Shown here piece by piece: positions 27,282 through 35,977 of a stretch of DNA of 49,974 nt (positions are counted from its first letter, which is position 1; each line of letters begins with the position of its first letter). The notes below the pieces were generated by a model. It was not told the DNA's origin, made no database searches, and saw nothing but the letters and a program-made list of their open reading frames with translations. The stretch covers positions 1 to 49,974 of the forward strand of contig JAJECR010000159.1 in assembly GCA_022821935.1 (NCBI GenBank). The letters run 5' to 3'. The position numbers were made by a program, and so were the translations under genes. This DNA comes from Candidatus Latescibacterota bacterium (GTDB taxonomy: Bacteria; JAAXHH01).

Positions 27282-27360
27282 ATGCGCCGTTGGCGCTCAT
27301 CCGCGCCGCCGGAGTGAACTGAACGCGTCGCCGGGAAACTGAATCCCCGTTGGCGCCGTA
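27192..27360. repeat. ~40-nt tandem array (3 fuller plus 2 shorter copies) starting in the last codons of cinA and filling the spacer to thpR
   Basis: Copies begin near 27192, 27232, 27274, 27314 and 27335. The shared cores are (G/A)AAC(C)TGAA and TGGCGCTCA(C/A/T)CC. Confidence 0.8.
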
Positions 27361-27372
27361 GAAAGGCTATCG

Positions 27373-27927
27373 ATGCGCACGTTTATTGCCGTGGAAGTAC
27401 CGGACGCCATAAAGGAACGGATCGCGGAGCTGGAAAATCGATTAAAGGGGACAGGAACCGATATCAAGTGGGTCGATCCGGGCAATATCCACATTACGCT
27501 GAAGTTCCTTGGCAATGTCGAGACGCACCAGCCGGCAACGATTCGGGACGGACTGCGCGAGGCCCTGGATTCGACAGACCCCTTCGCCCTGACGCTCGGA
27601 CGCGTGGGGGCGTTCCCGGACATGAACCGGCCCCGCGTCTTCTGGGTTTCCGTCGATGCGGGCAGGGACAAACTGACCACCATGCAGCAGCGCATCGAAA
27701 GCGAAATGCACGCCCGCGGCTTCGTTCGCGAGGAGAGGCCCTTTTCGCCGCACCTGACCATCGGCAGGGTACGGTCGCCCCGGGGCCTGGCAAAGCTGAC
27801 GGAACTGGTCCAGGGCACGGAATTCGAGACCGAACCGTTCCCGGTGACGCGCGTGGCGGTGGTGAAGAGCGACCTGCAGCCGGACGGACCGGTCTACACG
27901 GTAATCGATCACGTCGAACTGGATTGA
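27373..27927 (+). CDS. thpR: RNA 2',3'-cyclic phosphodiesterase (2H family, LigT/ThpR)
   Basis: Two HxT motifs: HITLKFLG and HLTIGR. 184 aa. Confidence 0.88.
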   Translation: MRTFIAVEVPDAIKERIAELENRLKGTGTDIKWVDPGNIHITLKFLGNVETHQPATIRDGLREALDSTDPFALTLGRVGAFPDMNRPRVFWVSVDAGRDKLTTMQQRIESEMHARGFVREERPFSPHLTIGRVRSPRGLAKLTELVQGTEFETEPFPVTRVAVVKSDLQPDGPVYTVIDHVELD

Positions 27928-27929
27928 CT

Positions 27930-28580
27930 ATGCCGACCATTACGGAAATCAGCAATCCGGGAAGCGGAAGGCGGCGGGAACGCAAGGTCACGATCGACGA
28001 TGGGCGTACGTTGACCATCACGGAAGAAACCTATGTCCGATTCGGTCTGGCCGGCGGCCAGGCGATGGACGCTGAGCGGCTGCGGGAAATGGAGCTGGCC
28101 GACGGCGTAGCCCGGGCCATGATGGAAGCACACCGGCTCATCGACCACCGCATGCGCACCCGGCGCGAACTGGCCGTTAGACTCAGGTCCCGGGGCCGGC
28201 CGGAAGACGTCATTGCGGCGGTGCTGGACCGGCTCGAGAACGCGGGATTGATCGACGATGGACGCTTTGCCCGCCAGTGGATCGACGAACGCATCCGAAG
28301 CCGTCCGGTGGGCCTGTCCCTGCTGCGCCGGGAGTTGAGGCAGAAAGGGATTGACGCCGAAGTAATCGAAACCGCCCTCGAGGAAAGTGCATCCGGCGAG
28401 GAGGAAACCGGGCGGGCCTACGAGGTGCTTCGCCGGCAGATTTATCGGTACGCCCGCCTCGACCGCGACGCGGCGCACCGGCGCATGGTCGCCTTCCTGG
28501 GACGGCGGGGGTTCGGACAGGATGTCATCTACGACGTCGTCCATCGCGTGCTGGACGAGATTGAGGAGTCCGAAAATTGA
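27930..28580 (+). CDS. recX: recombination regulator RecX
   Basis: Start at MPTITE. Repeated three-helix modules: RRELAVRLRSRG..EDVIAAVLDRLENAGLIDDGRFA and LLRRELRQKGID. Confidence 0.85.
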   Translation: MPTITEISNPGSGRRRERKVTIDDGRTLTITEETYVRFGLAGGQAMDAERLREMELADGVARAMMEAHRLIDHRMRTRRELAVRLRSRGRPEDVIAAVLDRLENAGLIDDGRFARQWIDERIRSRPVGLSLLRRELRQKGIDAEVIETALEESASGEEETGRAYEVLRRQIYRYARLDRDAAHRRMVAFLGRRGFGQDVIYDVVHRVLDEIEESEN

Positions 28581-31246
28581 CCGGAGCTGAACTGCGCAGA
28601 TCGTTTACGGGTTTTTTTGCCGACCGTGACCACACCGTCGTACCAAGTGCCAGTGTGGTGCCCTGGGACGATCCGACCCTGCTGTTCACGAACGCGGGGA
28701 TGAACCAGTTCAAGGACGTTTTTCTGGGACGGAGCACCCGGGACTACGTGCGCGCAGTGGATTACCAGAAGTGTATCCGGGCCGGGGGAAAGCACAACGA
28801 CCTGGAGGACGTGGGCAGATCGCCCATTCACCAGACCTTTTTCGAAATGCTGGGGAACTGGTCCTTCGGCGACTACTACAAGGAAGAAGCCATAGTCTGG
28901 GCCTGGGAACTGTTGACCGAAGTATGGGGACTGCCCGCCGACCGGCTCTGGGCAACCGTGTTCCGGGAGGACGACGAAGCCGAACTGCTCTGGCAGCGGC
29001 ACACCGACATGCCCGCCGACCGCATACTCCGTTTCGACGAAAAGGACAACTTCTGGGAAATGGGCGAGACCGGTCCCTGCGGCCCCAACTCGGAAATCCA
29101 CTATGACCTCGGACCGGAATGGTGCGATCGGGGAGACGGCACGGACCAGATCTGCGAGGTCAACGGGGACTGCGGGCGATTCGTGGAAATCTGGAACCTG
29201 GTCTTCATTCAGTACAATCGGGGAAGCGACGGCGTGCTGACCCCCCTGCCCGCCTGCCACGTGGATACCGGGATGGGGTTGGAACGCGTGCTCAGCATCC
29301 TGCAGGGCGTGGACTCGAACTACGAGACCGACGTGTTCCAGCCGCTGATGAATCACATCGGAGAACTGTCGGAACGTCCCTACGCGGAGGGAGATACGGC
29401 CGTGGCCTATCGCGTGCTCGCCGATCACGTCCGGTCCCTGGCTTTCGCCATTGCCGACGGCGCCCTGCCCTCCAATGAAGGGCGCGGCTACGTGCTGCGC
29501 CGGATCCTTCGCCGCGCGGCGCGGTACGGCCGCACGCTCGGTCTGACCGATCCCTTCCTCTACCGGCTTGTGTCGACGCTTACCGAACAGATGGGCGAAG
29601 CCTACCCGGAACTCCTGCCTGCACAGGAGAAAGTGCAGGCCGTGGTCCGATCCGAGGAGGAAGCCTTCGGCCGTACGCTCGATCACGGGCTCGAGCTCTT
29701 CGAGGGTATGGTGGAACGGGCCGAGGCGGAAGGACGGCGCGAGATCCGGGGTGAAGAGGCCTTCAAGTTATACGATACGTACGGCTTTCCCCTGGACCTG
29801 ACGCAACTTATGGCCGGCGAACGAGACCTGACCGTGGACCTGGCCGGGTTCGAGGCGGAGATGGAGGCGCAGCGGACGCGGTCCAGGGCGGGCGGGAAGG
29901 CGGTCGATGCGAGGGGGACGGGTGCTGCCGGACGGGCGACAGGTACATCATCGGGCGCTTCGCCGGGTACTACGGCGGGAGCGGTCTCCGGACCGACCCG
30001 TTTCGTCGGCTACGAAACGCTTTCATCAGACCGAACTCCTGTGGTCGCCTGTGCTAACGGGGACGTCGTACTCGCTGAAACCCCCTTTTACGCGGAATCG
30101 GGCGGACAGGTGGGCGACACTGGTTGGCTGGAGACGGAGGCGGGCGACCGGATCGCCGTGCTGGACGCCACGCGGGACGGCGACACGGTGATTCACCAGT
30201 GTGAACCGGACGGCGCATCGGGTCTCGAACCCGGAATGGCCGTAGCCGCGCACGTCGATAAGGCGCGCAGGCAATCCATCATGCGGAACCACACGGCGAC
30301 CCACCTGCTCCACGCCGTGCTGCGGGAAACCCTGGGCGCGCACGTGGAGCAGCGAGGCTCCGTGGTCGACCCGGACCGGCTTCGATTCGACTTCGCCCAT
30401 TTCGGCGCCGTCACCCGGGACGAACTGGACGCCATCGAGCGCGGGGTCAACGAACTCATCTGGCGGAACATCGGCGTCGAGTGGTTCGAAACCGACCTGG
30501 AAGACGCCAGGAGCCGGGGCGCCATGGCGCTATTCACGGAAAAATACGACGACCGGGTGCGCGTGGTGCGCATCGGGGACGTGAGCATGGAGCTTTGCGG
30601 GGGCACGCACCTGGCCGCCACGGGCGGGATTGGTATGTTCCGGCTGGTACGCGAATCGGGCATCGCCGCCGGCGAGCGGCGCATCGAGGCGTTGACCGGT
30701 ACCGCCGCGTACGAGGCCGTCAAGCGGGACGAAGGTCTCATTGCCGAGACCGCGGAGACCCTCAAGTGCGAGCCCGATGATCTGGCCAGAAAGGCCGGAG
30801 ACCTGAACGCGCGGGTCCGGGATCTCGAACGACACGTCCGCGAGCTGAGCACGGATTCCGCGCGGAACTGGATCGACGACCTGGTCGGCGGCGCCGTGGA
30901 GGCTGGCGGCGTCTCCGTGGCCGCGGGCCGCGTGGCGTGTCCGGACATCGATACCCTGCGCGCCATGGGAGACACGGTGCGCGAACGCCTCGCCAGCGCA
31001 GCGGTGGGTGTACTCTTCGCAAGCTTCGACGAAAGGCCCGTCTGCATCGTCGTGGTCACCGATGCCGCGATCTCCGAGTACGGACTCCACGCGGGCAAAC
31101 TGGCGCGGGACGTGGCCGCCTTCATCGGCGGCGGCGGCGGCGGGAAGGCCCACATGGCGCAAGCCGGGGGGAAGGACGCGTCCCGGATCGATGAAGCGGT
31201 GGCGCAGGCGCCCGGGGTCGTTGAGAACCACCTGCAAGGCGCCTGA
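28577..31246 (+). CDS. alaS: alanine--tRNA ligase
   Basis: The TTG start overlaps the recX TGA. FTNAGMNQFK, RAGGKHNDLEDVG, FFEMLGNWSFGDYYK, editing-domain HTATHLLH and CGGTH, and the C-terminal GGGGGKAHMAQAGG. Confidence 0.95.
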   Translation: MTGAELRRSFTGFFADRDHTVVPSASVVPWDDPTLLFTNAGMNQFKDVFLGRSTRDYVRAVDYQKCIRAGGKHNDLEDVGRSPIHQTFFEMLGNWSFGDYYKEEAIVWAWELLTEVWGLPADRLWATVFREDDEAELLWQRHTDMPADRILRFDEKDNFWEMGETGPCGPNSEIHYDLGPEWCDRGDGTDQICEVNGDCGRFVEIWNLVFIQYNRGSDGVLTPLPACHVDTGMGLERVLSILQGVDSNYETDVFQPLMNHIGELSERPYAEGDTAVAYRVLADHVRSLAFAIADGALPSNEGRGYVLRRILRRAARYGRTLGLTDPFLYRLVSTLTEQMGEAYPELLPAQEKVQAVVRSEEEAFGRTLDHGLELFEGMVERAEAEGRREIRGEEAFKLYDTYGFPLDLTQLMAGERDLTVDLAGFEAEMEAQRTRSRAGGKAVDARGTGAAGRATGTSSGASPGTTAGAVSGPTRFVGYETLSSDRTPVVACANGDVVLAETPFYAESGGQVGDTGWLETEAGDRIAVLDATRDGDTVIHQCEPDGASGLEPGMAVAAHVDKARRQSIMRNHTATHLLHAVLRETLGAHVEQRGSVVDPDRLRFDFAHFGAVTRDELDAIERGVNELIWRNIGVEWFETDLEDARSRGAMALFTEKYDDRVRVVRIGDVSMELCGGTHLAATGGIGMFRLVRESGIAAGERRIEALTGTAAYEAVKRDEGLIAETAETLKCEPDDLARKAGDLNARVRDLERHVRELSTDSARNWIDDLVGGAVEAGGVSVAAGRVACPDIDTLRAMGDTVRERLASAAVGVLFASFDERPVCIVVVTDAAISEYGLHAGKLARDVAAFIGGGGGGKAHMAQAGGKDASRIDEAVAQAPGVVENHLQGA

Positions 31247-31448
31247 CCTGCCGGGAACACGAAGAGGCCGGAAGCCCAGGTTCCGAGTATACTGGCCGGC
31301 AACCTGACGAGCCGGCCGCCCTGGTCCCGGGTACACCGGGCGCAAGCGTCGACGACGACTCGGTTCCGGACACGTACCGGATAACCAGGCGCGTTTCGGG
31401 ACCTCGACTCGGTCTACTCGATCCGGGACAAGAGATCGGCACGGATTC

Positions 31449-32357
31449 ATGCGCATTCTCATAACAGGCGCTCGCGGACAACTGGGTACGGACCTGCGGC
31501 GTTCGCTGACGGAACACGAGCTCGTTCCCTGTACCCGGGATGAACTCGACGTTACCGAAAAGCACCGGGTATACGGCCTGCTGAATGACCACCGGCCCGA
31601 CGCGGTGATCAATACCGCCGCGTACCACCGGGTCGACGAATGCGAGTCGCACCCCGACTGGACATTCGCCGTCAACGCCTTCGGACCCTGGCACCTTGCC
31701 GCGGCCTGCCGCATGTACGGGGCGAAACTGGTGCATATCAGCACGAATTTCGTCTTCGACGGCGAGGCGGACCGGCCGTACACGGAAGATGACCTGCCCC
31801 TGCCCCTGAACGTGTACGGCACGTCCAAGCTGTCCGGGGAACACCTGGTGCGGTCCACCTGGGACCGTCATTTCATCATCCGGACCACCGGACTGTTCGG
31901 TTTTTCCGGCGGAGGCGGAAAGGGGTACAACTTCATCGAGGCTATGATCCGGGCGGGCATGGAAAGACGGGAGGTGGTCGTGGTGAGCGACCAGGTGATG
32001 GCGCCCACGGCGACGGCGGACCTGGCCCGGGCGCTGGCGGAACTCGTTACAACCGATACCTATGGCACATACCATGTGACCAGCGGCGGCGCGTGCTCCT
32101 ACTTCGAGTTCGCGCGGACCATCTACCGGAAGATGGGGATCGACGCGGTAGTGAAACCCACGTCCACCGAAGCCTACGGCGCGCCGGCCGCACGGCCCCC
32201 GTACACGGTGCTGGACAACAGCCGCATCCAGTCCCTGGGTATCGCGGAGATGCCCGACTGGGAAGACGCCCTCGACGGCTATTTGGCGCAAAGGTCGGCG
32301 GCCAAGGACCAGGCGGCGGTGAGAAAACGGTCGGCGGCGACAGAACGATCGGCATGA
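31449..32357 (+). CDS. rfbD: dTDP-4-dehydrorhamnose reductase family (RmlD-type) sugar-nucleotide reductase
   Basis: MRILITGARGQLG Rossmann start and the catalytic YGTSKLSGE (YxxxK). The C-terminal tail shows a repeated xRSAA pattern. Confidence 0.88.
   Translation: MRILITGARGQLGTDLRRSLTEHELVPCTRDELDVTEKHRVYGLLNDHRPDAVINTAAYHRVDECESHPDWTFAVNAFGPWHLAAACRMYGAKLVHISTNFVFDGEADRPYTEDDLPLPLNVYGTSKLSGEHLVRSTWDRHFIIRTTGLFGFSGGGGKGYNFIEAMIRAGMERREVVVVSDQVMAPTATADLARALAELVTTDTYGTYHVTSGGACSYFEFARTIYRKMGIDAVVKPTSTEAYGAPAARPPYTVLDNSRIQSLGIAEMPDWEDALDGYLAQRSAAKDQAAVRKRSAATERSA
32290..32357. repeat. three degenerate copies of AA(A/C)GGTCGGCGGC at the rfbD 3' end
   Basis: caaaggtcggcggcc, aaaacggtcggcggcg and agaacgatcggcatg. 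At the protein level these read QRSAA / KRSAA / ERSA. Confidence 0.55.
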
Positions 32358-32361
32358 ACCC

Positions 32362-33336
32362 ATGATCATAACCCAGACGCCCCTGCGTATCAGTTTCGCC
32401 GGCGGGCTCACGGATTTCGCCGATTTCTACACGCGGGAAGACGGCCTGGTCGTCAGTGCGGCCATCGACAAGTATATCTTCGTCATCATCAACGAACGGT
32501 TCGACGACCGGATCTACATCAACTATTCGAAGCGGGAGGCCGTCGATCATCCCGACGAGATAGAGCACGATTTGATCCGGGAAGCCTTGCGGCTCACCGG
32601 CGTGACCCGGGGCGTGGAAATCACGACGCTGACGGACATCCCCTCCGAAGGCTCGGGCCTGGGGTCCTCGAGCAGCATTACAGTGGGCCTGCTGAACGCC
32701 CTGTATACCTATTGCGGCAATCCCCAGCCCACGGAGAAACTGGCGCGGGACGCCTGCGAGATCGAGATCGACCGGTGCGGCCAGCCCATTGGGAAACAGG
32801 ACCAGTATATCGCGGCCTACGGCGGCCTGCGCGGGTTCACTTTCAGACCCGGCGGCGTGGAGGTGGAACGCCTCGGCCTTGCAAACGGCCACGCGGAACG
32901 GCTGAGCGACAGCCTGATGCTATTCTACACCAACAAGACGCGCAAGGCGGAAACCGTACTGCGCGAGCAGAAGGCGAATATGACCACTAAGTTCGCCCTC
33001 CTGAAAGAGATCAAGTCCGTGGCGGAAAGCACGCGGGACGCCCTCACCTCCGGCTGCGTCGACCGCATGGGCGAATTGCTGGACCGGGGCTGGACGTGGA
33101 AGTACCGGATGTCCGGACTGGTGAGCAACGCCGAGATCGACGCCATGTACCGGAAGGCTAGGGACGCCGGCGCCACGGGCGGCAAGGTATGCGGCGCGGG
33201 CGGCGGCGGCTTCCTGCTCCTGTTCTGTCCTCCCCCGTCCCGGTCGCGGGTCCGCGAAGCGCTTTCCGATTACAGGGAACTGCCCTTCAACCTGGAGCGG
33301 GACGGCACCAGGGTGATCTTCAACATGCGGAGGTAG
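32362..33336 (+). CDS. GHMP-family kinase, D-glycero-D-manno-heptose 7-phosphate kinase (HddA)-like
   Basis: TPLRISFAGGLTDF at the N-terminus, and the GHMP motif PSEGSGLGSSSSITVGLL. Confidence 0.8.
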   Translation: MIITQTPLRISFAGGLTDFADFYTREDGLVVSAAIDKYIFVIINERFDDRIYINYSKREAVDHPDEIEHDLIREALRLTGVTRGVEITTLTDIPSEGSGLGSSSSITVGLLNALYTYCGNPQPTEKLARDACEIEIDRCGQPIGKQDQYIAAYGGLRGFTFRPGGVEVERLGLANGHAERLSDSLMLFYTNKTRKAETVLREQKANMTTKFALLKEIKSVAESTRDALTSGCVDRMGELLDRGWTWKYRMSGLVSNAEIDAMYRKARDAGATGGKVCGAGGGGFLLLFCPPPSRSRVREALSDYRELPFNLERDGTRVIFNMRR

Positions 33337-33343
33337 GCACCCA

Positions 33344-33419
33344 ATGATCCGCGAATACCTCGACCGGACGCGGGAGGTCTGATGATCCGCGAATATCTCG
33401 ACTGGACGCGGGAGGTCTG
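33344..33419 (+). repeat. 38-nt tandem duplication of the first 38 nt of the following SIS-domain gene (36 of 38 identical)
   Basis: Copy 1 is 33344-33381 and copy 2 is 33382-33419. They differ only by C/T at two positions. Confidence 0.95.
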
Positions 33420-33948
33420 CGGCCGGATCGAACCCCGTGAAGTGCAGGCTCTGATCGATCTTCTGATGGAGGCGCGGCAGCACGGCAAGGGGATCTTCGT
33501 CATCGGAAACGGTGGCAGCGCGGCGACGGCCTCCCATTTGGCCGTGGACCTGGGCAAGGGCACGCTGCGCGACACGAAGGACGAACCCCGTTTCCGGGTC
33601 AACAGCCTGACGGACAACCTGCCCTACGTCACGGCCTGGGCCAACGACTTCGACTACGACCTGGTCTTCGAACAGCAACTGCGCAATCTCGGCGGGCCCG
33701 GCGACGTGGTCATCGGGATCAGCGCGTCGGGAAACAGCCCCAACGTAGTCCGCGCCATGGAATACGCCCGATCGGCCGGGATGGTTACGGCCGCGATGAC
33801 GGGATTCTCCGGCGGGAAGCTGAAGGACCTGGCCGATCATTCGGTCCATGTCCCCGTGGACGACTATGGCATGGCGGAAAACATGCACATGATCATCGTC
33901 CACATCATCATCACGCAGACAACGGCCCGCGTGGCGAACGGCGAATGA
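33382..33948 (+). CDS. SIS-domain sugar-phosphate isomerase, phosphoheptose isomerase (GmhA)-like
   Basis: FVIGNGGSAATASHLAVD and GISASGNSPNV. Confidence 0.8.
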   Translation: MIREYLDWTREVCGRIEPREVQALIDLLMEARQHGKGIFVIGNGGSAATASHLAVDLGKGTLRDTKDEPRFRVNSLTDNLPYVTAWANDFDYDLVFEQQLRNLGGPGDVVIGISASGNSPNVVRAMEYARSAGMVTAAMTGFSGGKLKDLADHSVHVPVDDYGMAENMHMIIVHIIITQTTARVANGE

Positions 33949-34868
33949 TCCTTCGTTCCTTTGCCAAGATCAACCTGAGCATCCACCTGCTCGGCAAGCG
34001 GCCCGACGGCTACCACGAAATCGTCACGATGATGGAGACCGTGGACCTGGCCGATGACGTGGCGGTGACCGGACAGGAATCGGGGACGACCGTCACGTGC
34101 TCCGACCCGGCCGTACCGGTGGACGGTCGCAACCTGGCGCACAGGGCGGCCGATCTCGTGCGGGACCGGTACGGACTCGGCGACCGGGGCGTGCGCGTCC
34201 ACATAGAGAAGCGCATCCCGGTGGCGGCCGGACTCGCCGGCGGAAGCGGCAACGCGGCCATGACGCTGCACGGGCTCAACGCCCTCTGGTCCCTGGGATT
34301 GCGGGAAGAAGCGCTGATGGACCTCGCCGCGGAGCTGGGATCGGACGTGCCCTTCTGTCTCTACGGCGGCGTGGCGGTGGCGTCGGGTCGCGGGGAGAAA
34401 GTCGTCTGGCTGAATGCGGCCGGACCGGACCACCCGGAATCAGCCGGATCGCGCCACCCGGAATCAGCCGGATCGCGCCATTACGTACTGGTCTGCCCAC
34501 CCCTCGAGGTCAGCAGCGGATGGGCCTACAGCCAGTCGAAATTGGAATTGACAAAAGACAGTTCCTGTATTAACTTAATCTCTTCTGTCATGCAGGCCGG
34601 GGATGTCGACAGACTGGCGTCCTGCCTGCATAACGATCTGGAACCGGCGGTCCGGGCGGCCTTCCCCGAAATCGACAGGGCAAGGTCCCTGCTTGCGGAC
34701 GCCGGTCTGGAGGGTATTCTGATGTCCGGCAGCGGCCCGGCGGTCTTCGGACTGGCGTCCGCCCGGGCAGCGGCGGAACGGATAGCAAGCGATCTGCGGG
34801 GACGGGTCGAACCGTCCTGGCGGGTCTTTGCGGTCTCCTCGAAATCCCGGTGGGAAGCCGGGGTTTAG
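33945..34868 (+). CDS. ispE: 4-(cytidine 5'-diphospho)-2-C-methyl-D-erythritol kinase
   Basis: AKINLSIHLLGKRPDGYHEI and the GHMP motif KRIPVAAGLAGGSGNAA. The start overlaps the upstream stop (ATGA). Confidence 0.9.
   Translation: MILRSFAKINLSIHLLGKRPDGYHEIVTMMETVDLADDVAVTGQESGTTVTCSDPAVPVDGRNLAHRAADLVRDRYGLGDRGVRVHIEKRIPVAAGLAGGSGNAAMTLHGLNALWSLGLREEALMDLAAELGSDVPFCLYGGVAVASGRGEKVVWLNAAGPDHPESAGSRHPESAGSRHYVLVCPPLEVSSGWAYSQSKLELTKDSSCINLISSVMQAGDVDRLASCLHNDLEPAVRAAFPEIDRARSLLADAGLEGILMSGSGPAVFGLASARAAAERIASDLRGRVEPSWRVFAVSSKSRWEAGV
34431..34478 (+). repeat. perfect 24-nt in-frame tandem duplication inside ispE (HPESAGSR twice)
   Basis: cacccggaatcagccggatcgcgc occurs twice, back to back. 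Confidence 0.95.
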
Positions 34869-34894
34869 TCGAGCGGGCATAGGGAGGGCGGCGC

Positions 34895-35848
34895 ATGGCG
34901 GTCGGTTTGAAGATTCTGAGTGGAAATTCAAACGCACCGCTTGCACAAGACATCTGCGAATATCTAGGCGTAGCGCTGGGCAAAGCCGCCGTTTCGCGGT
35001 TCAGCGACGACGAGATCCGTATACACATCAATGAGGATATCCGCGGGACCGACGTGTTCGTGGTCCAGTCGACCAATCCGCCGGCGGAGAACCTGGTCGA
35101 GTTGCTGTTGCTGCTGGATGCGTCCAAACGGGCTTCGGCGCGCAGGGCGACCGCGGTGATCCCCTATTACGGCTATGCCCGCCAGGACCGCAAGGCGGGA
35201 CCCCGGGTGCCTATCTCGGCCAAGGTCGTCGCGAACCTGATCGCCGCGGCCGGGGCGGACCGCGTACTGACAATGGACCTGCACGCGCCGCAGATCCAGG
35301 GTTTCTTCGACATCCCCCTGGATCACCTGTATTCCGCGCCCGTGTTTACGCGGCGTCTCAGGGAACTGGGGACATCGGACGACCTGGTGATCGCTTCCCC
35401 GGACGCGGGAGGCATGGCCATGGCCCGTTCCTACGGCAGGCGGCTGAACTGTCCCCTGGCCCTCGTGGACAAGAGAAGGCCGAGGCCGAACGTCTCCGAG
35501 GTCGTCAACGTGATCGGCGAGGTGGAAGGGAAGAACGTGATCATCCGCGACGACATGATCGACACCGGGGGGAGCCTGACCGGCGCGGCCGAGGCCTTGA
35601 AGAAGAACGGCGCCGAAACGATTTACGCGGCCTGCACCCACGCGTTGCTCTCCGGGAACGCCGTGCAGAAGGTGGAGGGTTCCGTGCTGGACAGCCTGAT
35701 CGTCTCGGACACGATACGCCTGAGCGAGGACAAGCAGAACGGCAAGCTGGAGCAGCTTTCCGTGGCTTCCCTGTTCGGCGAGGCGATCAAGCGCATACAC
35801 GAAGAGAAATCCGTCAGTTCGCTCTTTGAATCGTCGGACCAGACCTGA
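34895..35848 (+). CDS. prs: ribose-phosphate pyrophosphokinase
   Basis: DLHAPQIQGFFDIPLDH, SPDAGG, and the PRPP loop DDMIDTGGS. Confidence 0.95.
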   Translation: MAVGLKILSGNSNAPLAQDICEYLGVALGKAAVSRFSDDEIRIHINEDIRGTDVFVVQSTNPPAENLVELLLLLDASKRASARRATAVIPYYGYARQDRKAGPRVPISAKVVANLIAAAGADRVLTMDLHAPQIQGFFDIPLDHLYSAPVFTRRLRELGTSDDLVIASPDAGGMAMARSYGRRLNCPLALVDKRRPRPNVSEVVNVIGEVEGKNVIIRDDMIDTGGSLTGAAEALKKNGAETIYAACTHALLSGNAVQKVEGSVLDSLIVSDTIRLSEDKQNGKLEQLSVASLFGEAIKRIHEEKSVSSLFESSDQT

Positions 35849-35977
35849 AACGAATCATAATGCCAGTGCCGCGGGAACCGAGCGGAAACAGGCACTGATC
35901 GCAGCTGAACGCGAACCGATCGCAATTGAACAAGCAATAGAACACCGGGGATCGCACAGGAGCACAGGAGAAGGATA

